Positions 25,877 to 37,232 of a stretch of 64,000 nt of DNA are shown in pieces. Source of the DNA: Oopsacas minuta (Eukaryota; Animalia; Porifera). The notes below the pieces were generated by a model. The model ran no database searches. It was not told where the DNA came from and saw only the letters and a list, made by a program, of their open reading frames with translations. The stretch spans positions 558,001 through 622,000 of the forward strand of contig JAKMXF010000299.1 of the NCBI GenBank assembly GCA_024704765.1, in the 5' to 3' direction. The position numbers and the translations under genes were made by a program. Positions within the stretch are counted from its first letter, which is position 1. Each line of letters starts with the position of its first letter.

Positions 25877-26903
25877 ATGTTTGTCTACTTGTATTATAAT
25901 AATAGGGGAAGATTATTTGCATACATAACATAGAGAATAACATATCTTTCTGTTGACGTGACATTTAAGAGTAATCAAGTACGCATTTTCAAGTTCTCAT
26001 ATGTAAACTTATTGTTGTTTTTGAATATAGAGTAAACAAATTATTGAAATATTCATTTATTAATTCTATTTTGCAATAGTATACTTTGCTAAATTCGAGG
26101 CACGAAGTGTCGAGTCCCATACGATTCGTAGTCGCACGCATCCGGGAGCAAGCGAAGCGACTCGTATACTGATATAATCCCTGTTATTTAATTATTCCCC
26201 TGCCCCTAGGTATGGAATAATTTTGGGATTCAAGTCGCCTCTGTAACCCGAATAGGTTATAAGGGACAAGCATTAGAACATGTTCCAAGTTTTCCCAGCT
26301 GTGTCAAATTCTACTACGGATATAGATATATATTATACTATATTTCACTGGTTAGCAGTCTTTTCATTGTTTGTAAAACTTTCAATCTCTAAAAATGTGG
26401 TTCTAGATCCTATACTACCTATAGTATTGGTTCAATGCATTTCACTAATCCGAAAGAAATATTTAACAATTGGAACATTGTTGTTCTAATTAGCGACGGT
26501 GTACAGACCGTATCCTCTACGAGTATACTTAGAATCAGTCAGAAATTGAACAAATCTACGTAGAGTAATCGCTTTCTCACAGACAATTAAGTAGGGCTGT
26601 GGCTCGGGATTCAGCTAATTAGTAAATGATTTTCAAGATAATAAGGGTTATTCATAGGGAAATTCCAATTGATATTCAGTACTGTCGTACGAACAGATAT
26701 TTGCAATATAAGAACAAAATATTATCCTGTTACGTAACTTGAAGGCTGAAATAGAGAAAATATGGAAATGCAGCCTAAGTTTGTATTAAAGTCACTCATA
26801 GGTAAAGTATATGCTAATTTCATGAAACCAAGTAAAATCCTGTTTCGTGTTGAGTACATATTCATCCAACCTACAATATTCTATATTTCGTTATTCACTC
26901 TAG

Positions 26904-27233
26904 ATCTGTGATATTTTGAGGATTATCCTTATAGTCTCTGGAACAGTTCTTGGACTACTCCTGATAAATTGTTTTTGCTGTGTTTGTTCATTATGTTGCT
27001 GTTTGGAAATGCTTGGATTTAGATCTGAAGGCGTTGAAGCGAATAGTTTTGCAGCTGCTATTCAAACTCCTTACACCTCACCAGACTCTGCTTTTGCAAT
27101 GGCACAGAGTACAGGAGCAACAGGGAGAAGTAAAAATATTGGGTGTGTAGTTGCCATAATTTTTGCTATGCTAATTGTTCCTGTTACGATAGTGATAGGA
27201 GTATGCGTAGCAGGATATCATTTTATTTGTTAA
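26904..27233 (+). CDS. IFI6/IFI27 (ISG12, Ifi-6-16 family)-like small membrane protein; last exon, 5' exon unresolved
   Basis: LGFRSEGVEANSFAAAIQTPYTSPDSAFAMAQSTGATG matches the ISG12 pattern GF-x3-G[IV]-x3-S-x-AA...S-x2-A-x2-QS-x-GA-x-G. It is flanked by two hydrophobic segments and a CFCCVCSLCCC cluster. Acceptor TCTAG at 26903. Candidate first exons are 26626-26733 or 26762-26782. Confidence 0.65.
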   Translation: MCDILRIILIVSGTVLGLLLINCFCCVCSLCCCLEMLGFRSEGVEANSFAAAIQTPYTSPDSAFAMAQSTGATGRSKNIGCVVAIIFAMLIVPVTIVIGVCVAGYHFIC

Positions 27234-27660
27234 CTATTTGGTTATTGACATTTCAGAATTGAATCATTTTGCACTTTCATTCCGCTTATTTTATACATTT
27301 CATAAATTTTTAAAATTATATATACTTAGCATATTCTATATTGGAGAAGGAGATCTAGCAATGGAATTCTAATCTTTGTATTCAAGTGATGAGTAATACA
27401 TAAGGTGGTGCGCTGTACCACCCCGCACTACCCTGGATCTGGATACGTCACTGGTCATTCACAATATTATACTTACCAAATACCAACCCATTGTAACTGT
27501 TTCCTGGAAATTTTCCTCGAAATAGTGTAGAAATAATTAAATTTCAAGGCCGTTCTATAGAGGAGGTGACAGTGTTTGCTCATTAGATATTCGTTTATTA
27601 ACTGTGTTAGATTCTATTTTGATGTCAAACTTCAATCTGTTGAATCTTTACATTTGAACT

Positions 27661-27832
27661 ACGGTCAACTTCCGTTATACCGAAGCTCAAGGGACTGCGA
27701 TAATACTTCGATAAAAGCGGAGTACGGTGTGACCGATGAAATTTATTTTACTTAGAAGGTTTGGAGCCATATTGGTGGTATTACAGGAATTCAGTAAAAG
27801 TATTTCCATATATTCGAGTCGGAGTTGACTGT
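27661..27832. mobile_element. Tc1/mariner-pogo-type MITE (decayed)
   Basis: Ends ACGGTCAACTTCCG and CGGAGTTGACTGT are inverted repeats. Confidence 0.55.
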
Positions 27833-28164
27833 TCTTGTATATGATAATCCACAGCGGTTCTAAACCTGAGGTACACAGGATCTCAATTTGTATCCCTTAG
27901 AATGTGCAAAATTAGTGTTCCTTCTTATGAGTAGAGACCTGATTAATATTGAGTTATAGTGGTTATCACTTATAAGAACACCTGTCAGTCAGTTTGTAGT
28001 TTGGGGGAATTATTATTTAGGCGCAGATTTGTGGTACTGTAATAATTATTAAGATAAAAGAGTGAAATATGATAATTTAATTACAAGACGAGAAGAATAA
28101 AAGAATGTAGAAAGAGTATATAGGAAAGTCTTGAAGAGTATAATATATAAGTAAACACACAAAT

Positions 28165-29380
28165 TCACATAGCTACTATCATCTGTATTGGTATATAGAT
28201 TAGATGATAAAATATCTGAAGACAATTCTCAGCATTATGACACACTACTATAACTCTATTCTGATTGTCTACTGTAACTGCTAATGGGCTGCTAGACACA
28301 GGAATCTTGTGAACAAACTTGAATTCAGGATTGAATATAGAAATAGCGTCAGAAGAATAATGTGCAATTAGGATGAAGTCAGAATTGTTAATAAAGAAAG
28401 ACAATGGTTTTATGACTTGATTTCCTTTTCCTCGAGAAATAATACTCTTCTGGAGTATGAAGTTACGATTGGAGAGATGGATACAAGGATTTGATCCATC
28501 TAACACATAAATGTATTCTTCAGAGACATTTACATTCAGAGGCTCTTTGAGTGCATTGATACCGAATTTAGTTTTGTAACACAAGTATTTGGTAAGTATT
28601 TGTACACGATTGTTATAACGGTCACAGATATAAATATCTTCATTTGAATGATCAATTCTTAGACCCCAAGGATAGTAAAATTCAAGTTGTCCATCTCCCT
28701 GTTCACCAACTTTGAAAATGAACTTTCCATAAATAGACAAACATTTCGGGTAATTCATCGCTCCTTCACCTGTACTATCTCCGAATTTGAATAAATACTC
28801 AGCAGTACTGTCAAATACTTTAATACAGTTATTACCATGATCTGCTATATAAATATTTCCCGTCTGGTTAACTACAGTAACACCCCATGGATTGTAAAGT
28901 TGTTCATTTCCGGTTCCTAGCTCATAAACACTCACTAGAGGTTGACTCTTGTTTGTATAATCAATTCCACTTCTCACAAACTTCCCTAACTTCTTTACTC
29001 CATCTAACAATTTGTTGTTTTCACAAGTGAAACTAACCATTCTAGGTTGTTTAGGGAACTCAATTGATTCAAGTTCAGTGTCTAATCGAGTAATGATATC
29101 TTCATGTACACATTTTATAGGAGAAGTGAGTATCTCACTTTGATTGAAACTTTTGTATTTTTCTAGGGCAATCTTCTTTTCACTCAGTTTTATCAATTCA
29201 CTTTTATAAGAGCGATAACAATCCACAATTGTACCTAACTCTCTCAATAATTTACTCTCTTTCCTTTAGACTGTTGATTAACTCGAAGAATGTACTTTTA
29301 ATCTTCTCTCTCACTCGATTTACTTCTAACTCGCAGTTATCTTCTCCAGGTTGTGGTAATATAGGATTAGCTGTAGCCAT
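28165..29380 (-). pseudogene. Coiled-coil + NHL-repeat (TRIM-like beta-propeller) gene, probably pseudogene
   Basis: NHL repeats such as LYNPWGVTV...IYIADHGNNCIKVFD and FYYPWGL..IYICDRYNNRVQIL. The ATG at 29380 (MATANPIL...LKERE*) is out of frame with the 360-aa ORF; adding 2 nt to the (AG)n run near 29255 gives ERESKLLREL. One repeat is internally shortened, and the ORF reads past the expected LQIF end. Confidence 0.75.
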
Positions 29381-29665
29381 TATTATTGCTATATAATTCA
29401 TATCATTCAAATATATATAAGATCATACAGGGAATCAAATTACACAAACTAGACACGTACTAACCAAATACATCCGGGAAAATGTGTGATTTTATGACAA
29501 CAAAAAGGAGCTAATATCTACTTTTTGGTGCGGGTATTGGTTAAAAGGAGCAGTAATTTCAGTGTTCCTTTTCTTATGAATGTAACACTTCGGGCGTGAT
29601 CGGTTAAGGATTCTAATTGTAAAATTTTATGTACGTATTTGCTAGGGAAAATCCATATACAAGTA

Positions 29666-29852
29666 CAGTGGACCCTCTCTAATCCGAACATTGTTAATTC
29701 GAACGCTGTAAATTCTTTGGGGTGGGATAATAATTCTTACATCTCATTAATTATAGAAGTAACACTGATTAAGACCATATTTGTACAATTTTAGACTTCG
29801 ACATAAGTCAGTACTTAGATATATCCGTGTTGTGTATAACGGGGGTTGACTG
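29666..29852. mobile_element. Tc1/mariner-pogo (Tigger-like) MITE
   Basis: TA|CAGTGGACCCTCTCTAATCCGAAC ... ATAACGGGGGTTGACTG|TA: inverted termini with a TA duplication. Confidence 0.65.
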
Positions 29853-30036
29853 TATTAGCAAGCGAAATTCGTGTAAAATATGATTTGCTACTTCAGCAAA
29901 CTTCCACAAACGTGGTGTCATGGATGCCGAAAATATTACTACGTTTCCACTTTGTGGAGGATCATTTGTATGGTGTTATGAATTCGTTCTACTACTTTTA
30001 CTCCGTTAACAAAATATAAACACAACAATTTAATTA

Positions 30037-30234
30037 CTATATATTTATTATATTATCATCACAACAAACACAAATAATATCAAAATTACAATTAACAACT
30101 ATTCCTGTAGGATTATTGCATTTAATTTTGTGTATCAGCTGTCCATCTTTAGTAAATATCTGAATTGATTTCCCCCAATTATCGCTAATTATAATATCAT
30201 ACAAATCAAACAAACACATAAAAAACTTCTCCAT
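30037..30234 (-). pseudogene. Isolated C-terminal NHL-repeat fragment
   Basis: DIIISDNWGKSIQIFTKDGQLIHKIKCNNPTGIVVN is one NHL blade plus a terminus. I found no upstream NHL coding sequence. Confidence 0.55.
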
Positions 30235-31101
30235 TTTCTAATTTTATGAACTTTTCAACAAATCACCTGATTTAGAGAATGTATGAATATTATTGATCTC
30301 ATTTTTAAACTATGTTAGCTTTCCTCAAGAGTATAAAAACCTCTCGTGAAAGCAAGAGAGTAAACACTAATTTTGACGGCACTCATGAACAACAATGCTC
30401 GAGATACACCCATTCAAATTTGTGACCAATTTCCCAAAACCACTGGCGAATCAGTTGGAAGTGTTCTGAGCCAAATGGTCCCCCTAGATATTTGGCCCGT
30501 GGGGACCATTTGGCTTCATCTCTAATAACTATATTACTTCTAACTTTTTGCATCCGAGGTACCATTTTATAGATTTTATAGATTTTTGGATCAAATGGTC
30601 CCCACTAACATTTTTGCAATGTTTACAGTTTCAATATTGTAAGGTTATATTTCGGATAATGTAAATCTAGTGATGCAGCGGTCCGGTAATTTCATGGACC
30701 AGACAGAACCGTCCTTAATTTTTCTCCACGTTTGTTAGATTTCAAGATAGAGAAATCTGGAAGTTTTGATTAAAATTTGTAATAAAGTTTGTAAGCCAAT
30801 TAACTGAAGTGATCAATAATTATGAGACAAACTATAATGTCATTTAATACAATTGATGAAATGTATAATACTTTAATTAATTATCATTTCCATTGACTAA
30901 TTTTAGGGAGCAATCATCCGATGGGCAAACAATTATTGCAATAAATGAAATAATCAGTAATTAGTAACATAATTATTGTACACAGATTGCGCTATTTATG
31001 TTCATCTTTAGGCTTATACTATATCCAAACTTTTCTATAACCATCCATAAGCATCAATAAACTCCCTCTTTCCAAATCGATTAACATTCCAATATCCCAG
31101 A

Positions 31102-32712
31102 ATGGCTTTTAAGATATCACACCCCTCCCAAATGGATACAACAGTGATTGACCAAGAGATACTTGACCTTGCTGATTTGCCCCCTGGCGATATCAAACAA
31201 GTCGAGCTGCAGGACGGATATAAAGTTCTGCTCATTAACAATGAAGGGATAATCTCTGCTCTTGCTAATACGTGTACCCATTACGGAGCCCCGCTTATAA
31301 ACGGTGATAAGATTGGTAATACTATTCGGTGTCCTTGGCATGGAGCATGCTTCAACACAATAACAGGAGATATTGAAGAATTCCCCGGCCTGGATAGTTT
31401 AAAGAAATACGATACTACTCTCGCTAACGGTAAGATAAGGGTACGAGCTAATGTATCAGACCTCACGCAAAAGAAACGTACTAAAGGAATGGTAAAATTT
31501 TCAGAGAAAAATACTAATGTCGTGCTTCTGATTGGCGGCGGACCTGCTTCTACTGTATGTGCTGAGACTCTACGTCAAGAGGGATATGACGGGAAGATCC
31601 TCATGGCCTGTAAGGAAAGGTTTCTCCCCTACGATCGTCCCAAAGGTTCGAAAGCTATGGACACACCTCCTGAAATAATATCTCTACGAAAGAATGAGTT
31701 TTATGAAGATAACGGAATACAAGTATTGCTTGGTAAAGAAGTTATAAGCATTGATATTGAGAAGAAACAAGCCGAGTTCCAAGATGGGTCCAGACAGACA
31801 TACGATCAGCTGCTTCTAGCAACTGGCGCTGAATGTCGGACACTTCCAATCCCTGGAAATGATCTCACAGGTTTGTACACCCTGCGAACCATGGATGAGG
31901 CCAATGCTATATTCGCAGCAGCTAAAGATAAGACCGTAGCGATCATTGGTGCTTCTTTCATTGGGATGGAAGTAAGCTCTTGTCTTGTTAAAATAGCAAA
32001 ATCAGTGACTTGCATTGGAAACGCATCTCATCCATTCCCTGTCCTAGGGAAGGAGGTAGGAATGGGGCTAAAGGAATTCTCTTTGCAGCATGGTGTTAAG
32101 TTTGAGTTGGGTGTGAGGGTAGAAGCATTCATTGGGGAGGAGGGAGAGCTGAAAGGTGTGAAACTTTCTGAAGGTAAAGTGATCCCTTGTGACATTGCAG
32201 TGGTTGCAGTAGGTGTCAGACCGAGTACTGACTTCCTGATTGGTTCTGGTATAAATCTTAACAAAGATGGATCAATATCCACAAATGAATTCCTCGCAGT
32301 TAAACCAGACATATTTGCTGCTGGAGATATTGCAATGTTTCCTAGCCCGTTTGGTCACGGAGAATCTGTGCGTATTGAGCATTGGCAGATTGCACTTAAT
32401 CACGGACGTGTGGTCGCTATGAATATCCTCAAAAGGCAAACACCAGTTGATACAGTCCCCTATTTCTGGACAGTCTTGTTTGGTAAAAGTGTGCGTTACT
32501 GCGGTTACTCGAGAGGTTATGATAAATTCGTTTTCGAAGGTTCTATCTCTGAGCTAAAGTTTGTGGGATATTACTTGAGAGAAGGAAAGCTTGTTGCTGT
32601 TGTTGGACTAAATTCTGATCCAAAAGTATCCCATTATGCTAACACAATGAAAATAGGACAATTCCCTACACTAGAGGAGCTAAGACAGACAACTACACTT
32701 AACGAGTCCTAA
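31102..32712 (+). CDS. AIFM3: Apoptosis-inducing factor 3-like Rieske [2Fe-2S] / FAD-NAD oxidoreductase (single exon, 536 aa)
   Basis: Rieske ligands CTH and CPWH; FAD motif LLIGGGPA; NAD motif IIGASFIGME; IFAAGDIA and VRIEHW; reductase C-terminus VPYFWT..FGKSVRYCG. Confidence 0.9.
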   Translation: MAFKISHPSQMDTTVIDQEILDLADLPPGDIKQVELQDGYKVLLINNEGIISALANTCTHYGAPLINGDKIGNTIRCPWHGACFNTITGDIEEFPGLDSLKKYDTTLANGKIRVRANVSDLTQKKRTKGMVKFSEKNTNVVLLIGGGPASTVCAETLRQEGYDGKILMACKERFLPYDRPKGSKAMDTPPEIISLRKNEFYEDNGIQVLLGKEVISIDIEKKQAEFQDGSRQTYDQLLLATGAECRTLPIPGNDLTGLYTLRTMDEANAIFAAAKDKTVAIIGASFIGMEVSSCLVKIAKSVTCIGNASHPFPVLGKEVGMGLKEFSLQHGVKFELGVRVEAFIGEEGELKGVKLSEGKVIPCDIAVVAVGVRPSTDFLIGSGINLNKDGSISTNEFLAVKPDIFAAGDIAMFPSPFGHGESVRIEHWQIALNHGRVVAMNILKRQTPVDTVPYFWTVLFGKSVRYCGYSRGYDKFVFEGSISELKFVGYYLREGKLVAVVGLNSDPKVSHYANTMKIGQFPTLEELRQTTTLNES

Positions 32713-33126
32713 TACTCAAAAGTTTACTAATTTATATTCTTCACAATTGTTGAGTGATTTCCTATTATTTTACTATCCATATTATGAGAAATTTTCAGCA
32801 GGTGTTTTCTTTCTTCGAAATCTCACTTTTTGAATATTTTGCTTTCTCATCACCATCACCATGATGACGTCATATTTTTGGTGGCCGATGTGTTACACCT
32901 AACTTCATCAATTGTAACTTTGTAAGTACGAGCCAAAGGCTCGTCGCGAAGCGACGAACTAGGCACATTGCGTCTCGAAGTATCCATAATTCTCCAAATT
33001 GATGGCCCTATATTTAGGACAATGGAATTCACAAAACCCCCTTTGTAGCCGTTGAGGGCCAATATCTACTTAGATTTTCAGGTTTGGCTAATTTGTTTAC
33101 TTTATATTCATAAAAACAACAATAAA

Positions 33127-33369
33127 TTATTATACATTTTGGGGCCAATTGCGTGTAATCCAGATAATCTTTGAGGTTCCAGTGAATCCCGATTACCCGC
33201 ACTTGACTGTATATATCTAAGTCAATCATTTTACTGAGCCATTATAGTATAGCCGACACCTCTATGTAATGGAGCTGATATGCTTTATTGTATAGAAGCG
33301 ATCATTATGCGATGTCTAGTTGTAGAATGAACAAAGAAGCGAAAGAACTAAGTATTTTGCATGAGTAAA
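33127..33369 (+). repeat. Left arm of ~245-bp inverted repeat flanking the aspartic protease gene
   Basis: Reverse complement of 36126-36370, with only scattered mismatches. Confidence 0.9.
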
Positions 33370-33644
33370 GACAGATAAATGGTTAAATGCGATCAAAAGC
33401 TGCGAGAATTTTCATCCAAAAAAGATATTTCACTAAGAAGTGTGATAAATGGTTGACTCCAGATTTGAACATTTCTAAATGTCTTTACATTATATCGTTG
33501 GAATCATGGTCCGATTAAAACACCTTCACAACATAAAATATTCCAGTGAGAGTATAAATACAAGAGAAATAGATTGTAGAACTATATTTATACAAAAAAG
33601 ATAGGCAATACAGAAATTCATAAATATTAACTTGATATATCAGG

Positions 33645-35636
33645 ATGTATTCTCGTGTGTGCTTATTCTGTATCATTATAACGTTATCTCTTGGATACGG
33701 GGCCTCAAAAGCAGGAGTGGAAGAGAGTATCAAAAAATTTTCTGTTAGTTTAGATGTAATAAATCCCCGAGATAGAAACTGTAAATTGCTGTCTAATCAT
33801 AGTAAATGTGATGTTGACCTATCTGGGGTTGTAGACAGTGCTAGGGTGTCAAGCCTAGATGATGGACTGTGGCTGATAATGACTATAAAAATCGGTGCAG
33901 CTAAACAACCATTCAAAGTGAGTTATATATTTATCGTAGTAAATGCAGTATGTCAATAGCTTGCTCTTTCCAGATATAGCTAATATGATTCAAAATATCT
34001 ATAATATGCCATCTTAGGTGGAGCTAGACACAGGATCAAACCTCCTGTGGGTATTTGGAGATAATTGCTTGGATGATAAAAACGAAGAGTGTAAGGGACA
34101 TACTAAGTTCGTTCTTGAAAAAGCTACGAAATACAAGGATTTCGAACTTGAATATGAAAGTGGGTATGTAAAAGGTAAAGAAGTCAAAGGTGTTGATGTG
34201 CATGTAACAGGCAAAATCACAATAAAGAATCAACTGTTTGGTGCTGCTGGGGATGTTGATGAAGAATATGAAGGTCTTGATGGAGTAATGGGTTAGTTAT
34301 CGATTTTAAATCATCTGCTTCTTTCAAATGTATTTTCACCTAACAATTTAAATTTTGACATTTCAATTTGTTATCTTTACAAGTATAAACACAACAATAG
34401 AAACAGGGATTTTGGGTACTTTCTTGCACTAATTTAACCCTTGAAAGTTATCCTTACAAACTTAAATTGGAAATTTACCAAAGGTGTCAAAAATATGATT
34501 AATCGAGGGTGAAAGTGTAAATGAATAATGATTAGGCACAAATGCACGGCATGACCAATTAAATGGATCCCTCATATTAAAATACATTCAAAATGTACTC
34601 GATGAATTCATTGAATATTTACGTAGTTGGAAAAGTTACGAGACATCTGTTATTCCAATACAATCTTCAGGTTTGGATATGGATATTACAGATGGATACC
34701 CTTCTGTAATATATAACATGATAGCACAGAAACTAATTACGGAGCCAGCCTACTCACTGTATCTAAAAGGGGCAACGACTGCTGTAGATGGAGGAGAGAT
34801 AACCTTTGGAGGTCGCAATGAGGATCTTGTGGTGGAAGATAGCGGAGTTATGGTTAAAATGATAAAAAGTGATTTCATCTTGGCAAAAATGACAAGTCTT
34901 AAGGTAGGAGAAGTGTTTTACTGTAGCAAAGATATAGACAAATGTAGAATAATAGTAGATTCAGGATGTACCTATATCTATGGAACTAAAGCATTTGTAG
35001 ATGATTTACACAAAGAAATAGGTAAGCAAATTTTGTAATGTCTTTATAAAAACAAGTACGCTTCGCTTGCTTGGACTATCGAATTTTGATATACAGTAGA
35101 CACCGCTTAGAATCGGCTCACTTGACCAGAAACAGAACCATCCAAATAGTATTAATATACTACTGTTAATCGGGCCAACACCTTTATTCCCCTTAATCTG
35201 GTCAAAATGGCGTGGTCCCACATGCAATGTGACGCAATTACGCGGAGTCTATACTTGTAAGATATGTAATTTTGATATTTGTGCGTTTAAATTCGATTCT
35301 GCTTTAGTATTAATCATTTAGAATTGGTTAAACCTAACCCTGATGTATGTTTTATTTGTTTGTCTTCTAACTATAGGGGCTGATGAAGAGGATATTGTTG
35401 ATTGCAAGAAGATAGATTCTTTCCCAACTCTTGAAATAATGTTTGGTCAATCAAAGATCACTTTAGAATCCAAATATTATATCGATGTAGACGAGGATAC
35501 GTGCACCAGTCTGTTTGAGATAAATGAAGACGATGACTATGAATGGTCATTAGGAGTTCCATTCTTTGTCAAGTATTACATAGAATTCGACTTTACAGAT
35601 AAGGATGAACATATTTGTTTCTGGAAAAAGAAATAA
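33645..35636 (+). CDS. Secreted pepsin-family (A1; cathepsin D/E-like) aspartic protease, 4 exons, ~385 aa
   Basis: Exons 33645-33917, 34018-34291, 34671-35021 and 35377-35636 are phase-consistent GT-AG. Signal peptide; catalytic motifs ELDTGSNLLWV and IIVDSGCT; GGEITFGG; WSLG..F..YY.EFD. Confidence 0.9.
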
Positions 35637-36125
35637 TCTAACTACTATCTGCTCGCTCTATCTTCTAATAACTAATTACTTGTGTAGTATTGTAGGTTCT
35701 AGCTATAGTGTAACAATGCTAATGGATACTATAATATTTAGGCAGTAATATATTTATTTAGTGTATTTGCTTTGCTGAATTAGTATATGAATTAAATATC
35801 CTAACAAATTCACGAGTCTATCATTTTGAAGCAGAATAGTCTGTAGCTTAATTACGTTAGCCGGTCCTATTTGGATAAATTACCACAAAATCCTGGAGTG
35901 GTAAGAAATGTTCAAACTTGTCAATTTAACCTTCCCTTCTAACAGGAATCTTCTAATACGTATAAAATATTTCACAGTCGTTTTCACACAAATTTTGATC
36001 TCATGAATAGTATAAACCAATAAACGTTGATTTAACGTCTCTTTATACAATCTATAATTCACATCCACAGAAATATACAATAGAACTAGCGATCGACTGG
36101 GGTCGGGGCCCCGGTCGATCCGTAG

Positions 36126-36370
36126 TTTTACTCATGCAAAATACTTAGTTCTTTCGCTTCTTTGTTCATTCTACAACTAGACATCGCATAATGATTGCTT
36201 CTATACAATAAAGCATATCAGCTCCATTACATAGAGGTGTCGGCTATACTATAGTGGCTCAGTAAAATGGTTGACTTAGTATATATACAGTCAAGTGCGG
36301 GTAATCCAGATTCACTGGGACCTCAAAGATTATCTGGATTACACGCAATTGGCCCCAACATGTATAATAA
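36126..36370 (-). repeat. Right arm of ~245-bp inverted repeat flanking the aspartic protease gene
   Basis: Reverse complement of 33127-33369. Confidence 0.9.
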
Positions 36371-36737
36371 TGTTATAGAATGATTACTAAGAATTAAAGG
36401 GATGCAATTTATGTGCTAAATATTATTTGTCCCGATTAACCGGTGGCTCTGATATGCAGAGTCTATTGTAACACATAGTTTAATCAATTATACAGTGGAT
36501 CTCACTAAATATATCATAGCTCTCGTGCACGAGAGTTTATGACATTATCCGGGAAAAGCAATTTATCTGCTTAATGTCATACTTCTAGGCGAATGTGACA
36601 AATATTCGAGATTTAATAATATTGTTACCCGGAATATGACACAAACCTTTGTGTGACTCCTTCTGGTCCTATACGGTTATTTTGTACAGTGTAAAGAAAT
36701 TCCTCTGTTCCGACACTAGAGACAAATATACTCCAGC

Positions 36738-37232
36738 CGTGAACTACGCAATAGAAGGGCTGGAAACTACAATTATGTTCTGGACCAGGGAGAAATATGA
36801 AGTGCATTGTAGTTGATTCGAAGTCAATAACTCATGATATTAGCAAATATTTTGAAGCTATCTTCAAGTTTCACAAACAGGAAGTGATAAGTCACACATT
36901 TCACAATTAGAAAATACGTCATGTTATCACCTAATAGGCTGATATGTTAGAAAAATGCTATAAAACGAAAAATGTTGATCTTTGATTTCTAAGTTCAATT
37001 ATGTATTATTTGAAGTATATTTTTGTACAAATATCAAAAATTGTCATTGATGAAGTTGGCTAATTCTTGAGTTACAGGTAAATCATGGGTTGCACTTCTA
37101 TGTCAATATTTACGTGTAATTCTTCAGTATATTTTTCATTTCATGACTTCGAATCAACAACAATGTACTTCTTATTTATCCATGGTACAGAAAATATTTG
37201 TAGTTTCCAGTCCTAATATGACATAGTTCACG
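36738..37232. mobile_element. MITE with ~90-bp imperfect TIRs
   Basis: cgtgaactac..agggctggaaactacaa...gtagttgattcgaagtca (36738-36835) is inverted relative to tgacttcgaatcaacaac...ttgtagtttccagtcct..tagttcacg (37144-37232). TSD not identified. Confidence 0.65.

Noticed and set aside
26657-26666. NF-kB-like sites GGGAAATTCC (also 19417-19426 on the minus strand and ~49491)
   Set aside because: One or two such matches are expected by chance in 64 kb at this composition, and the 26657 site may lie inside a candidate coding exon.
33118-36379. Bona fide Pack-MULE call for the protease cassette
   Set aside because: The flanks (aacaataaa versus tgttataga) show no 8-10-bp target-site duplication; kept only as an inverted-repeat finding.
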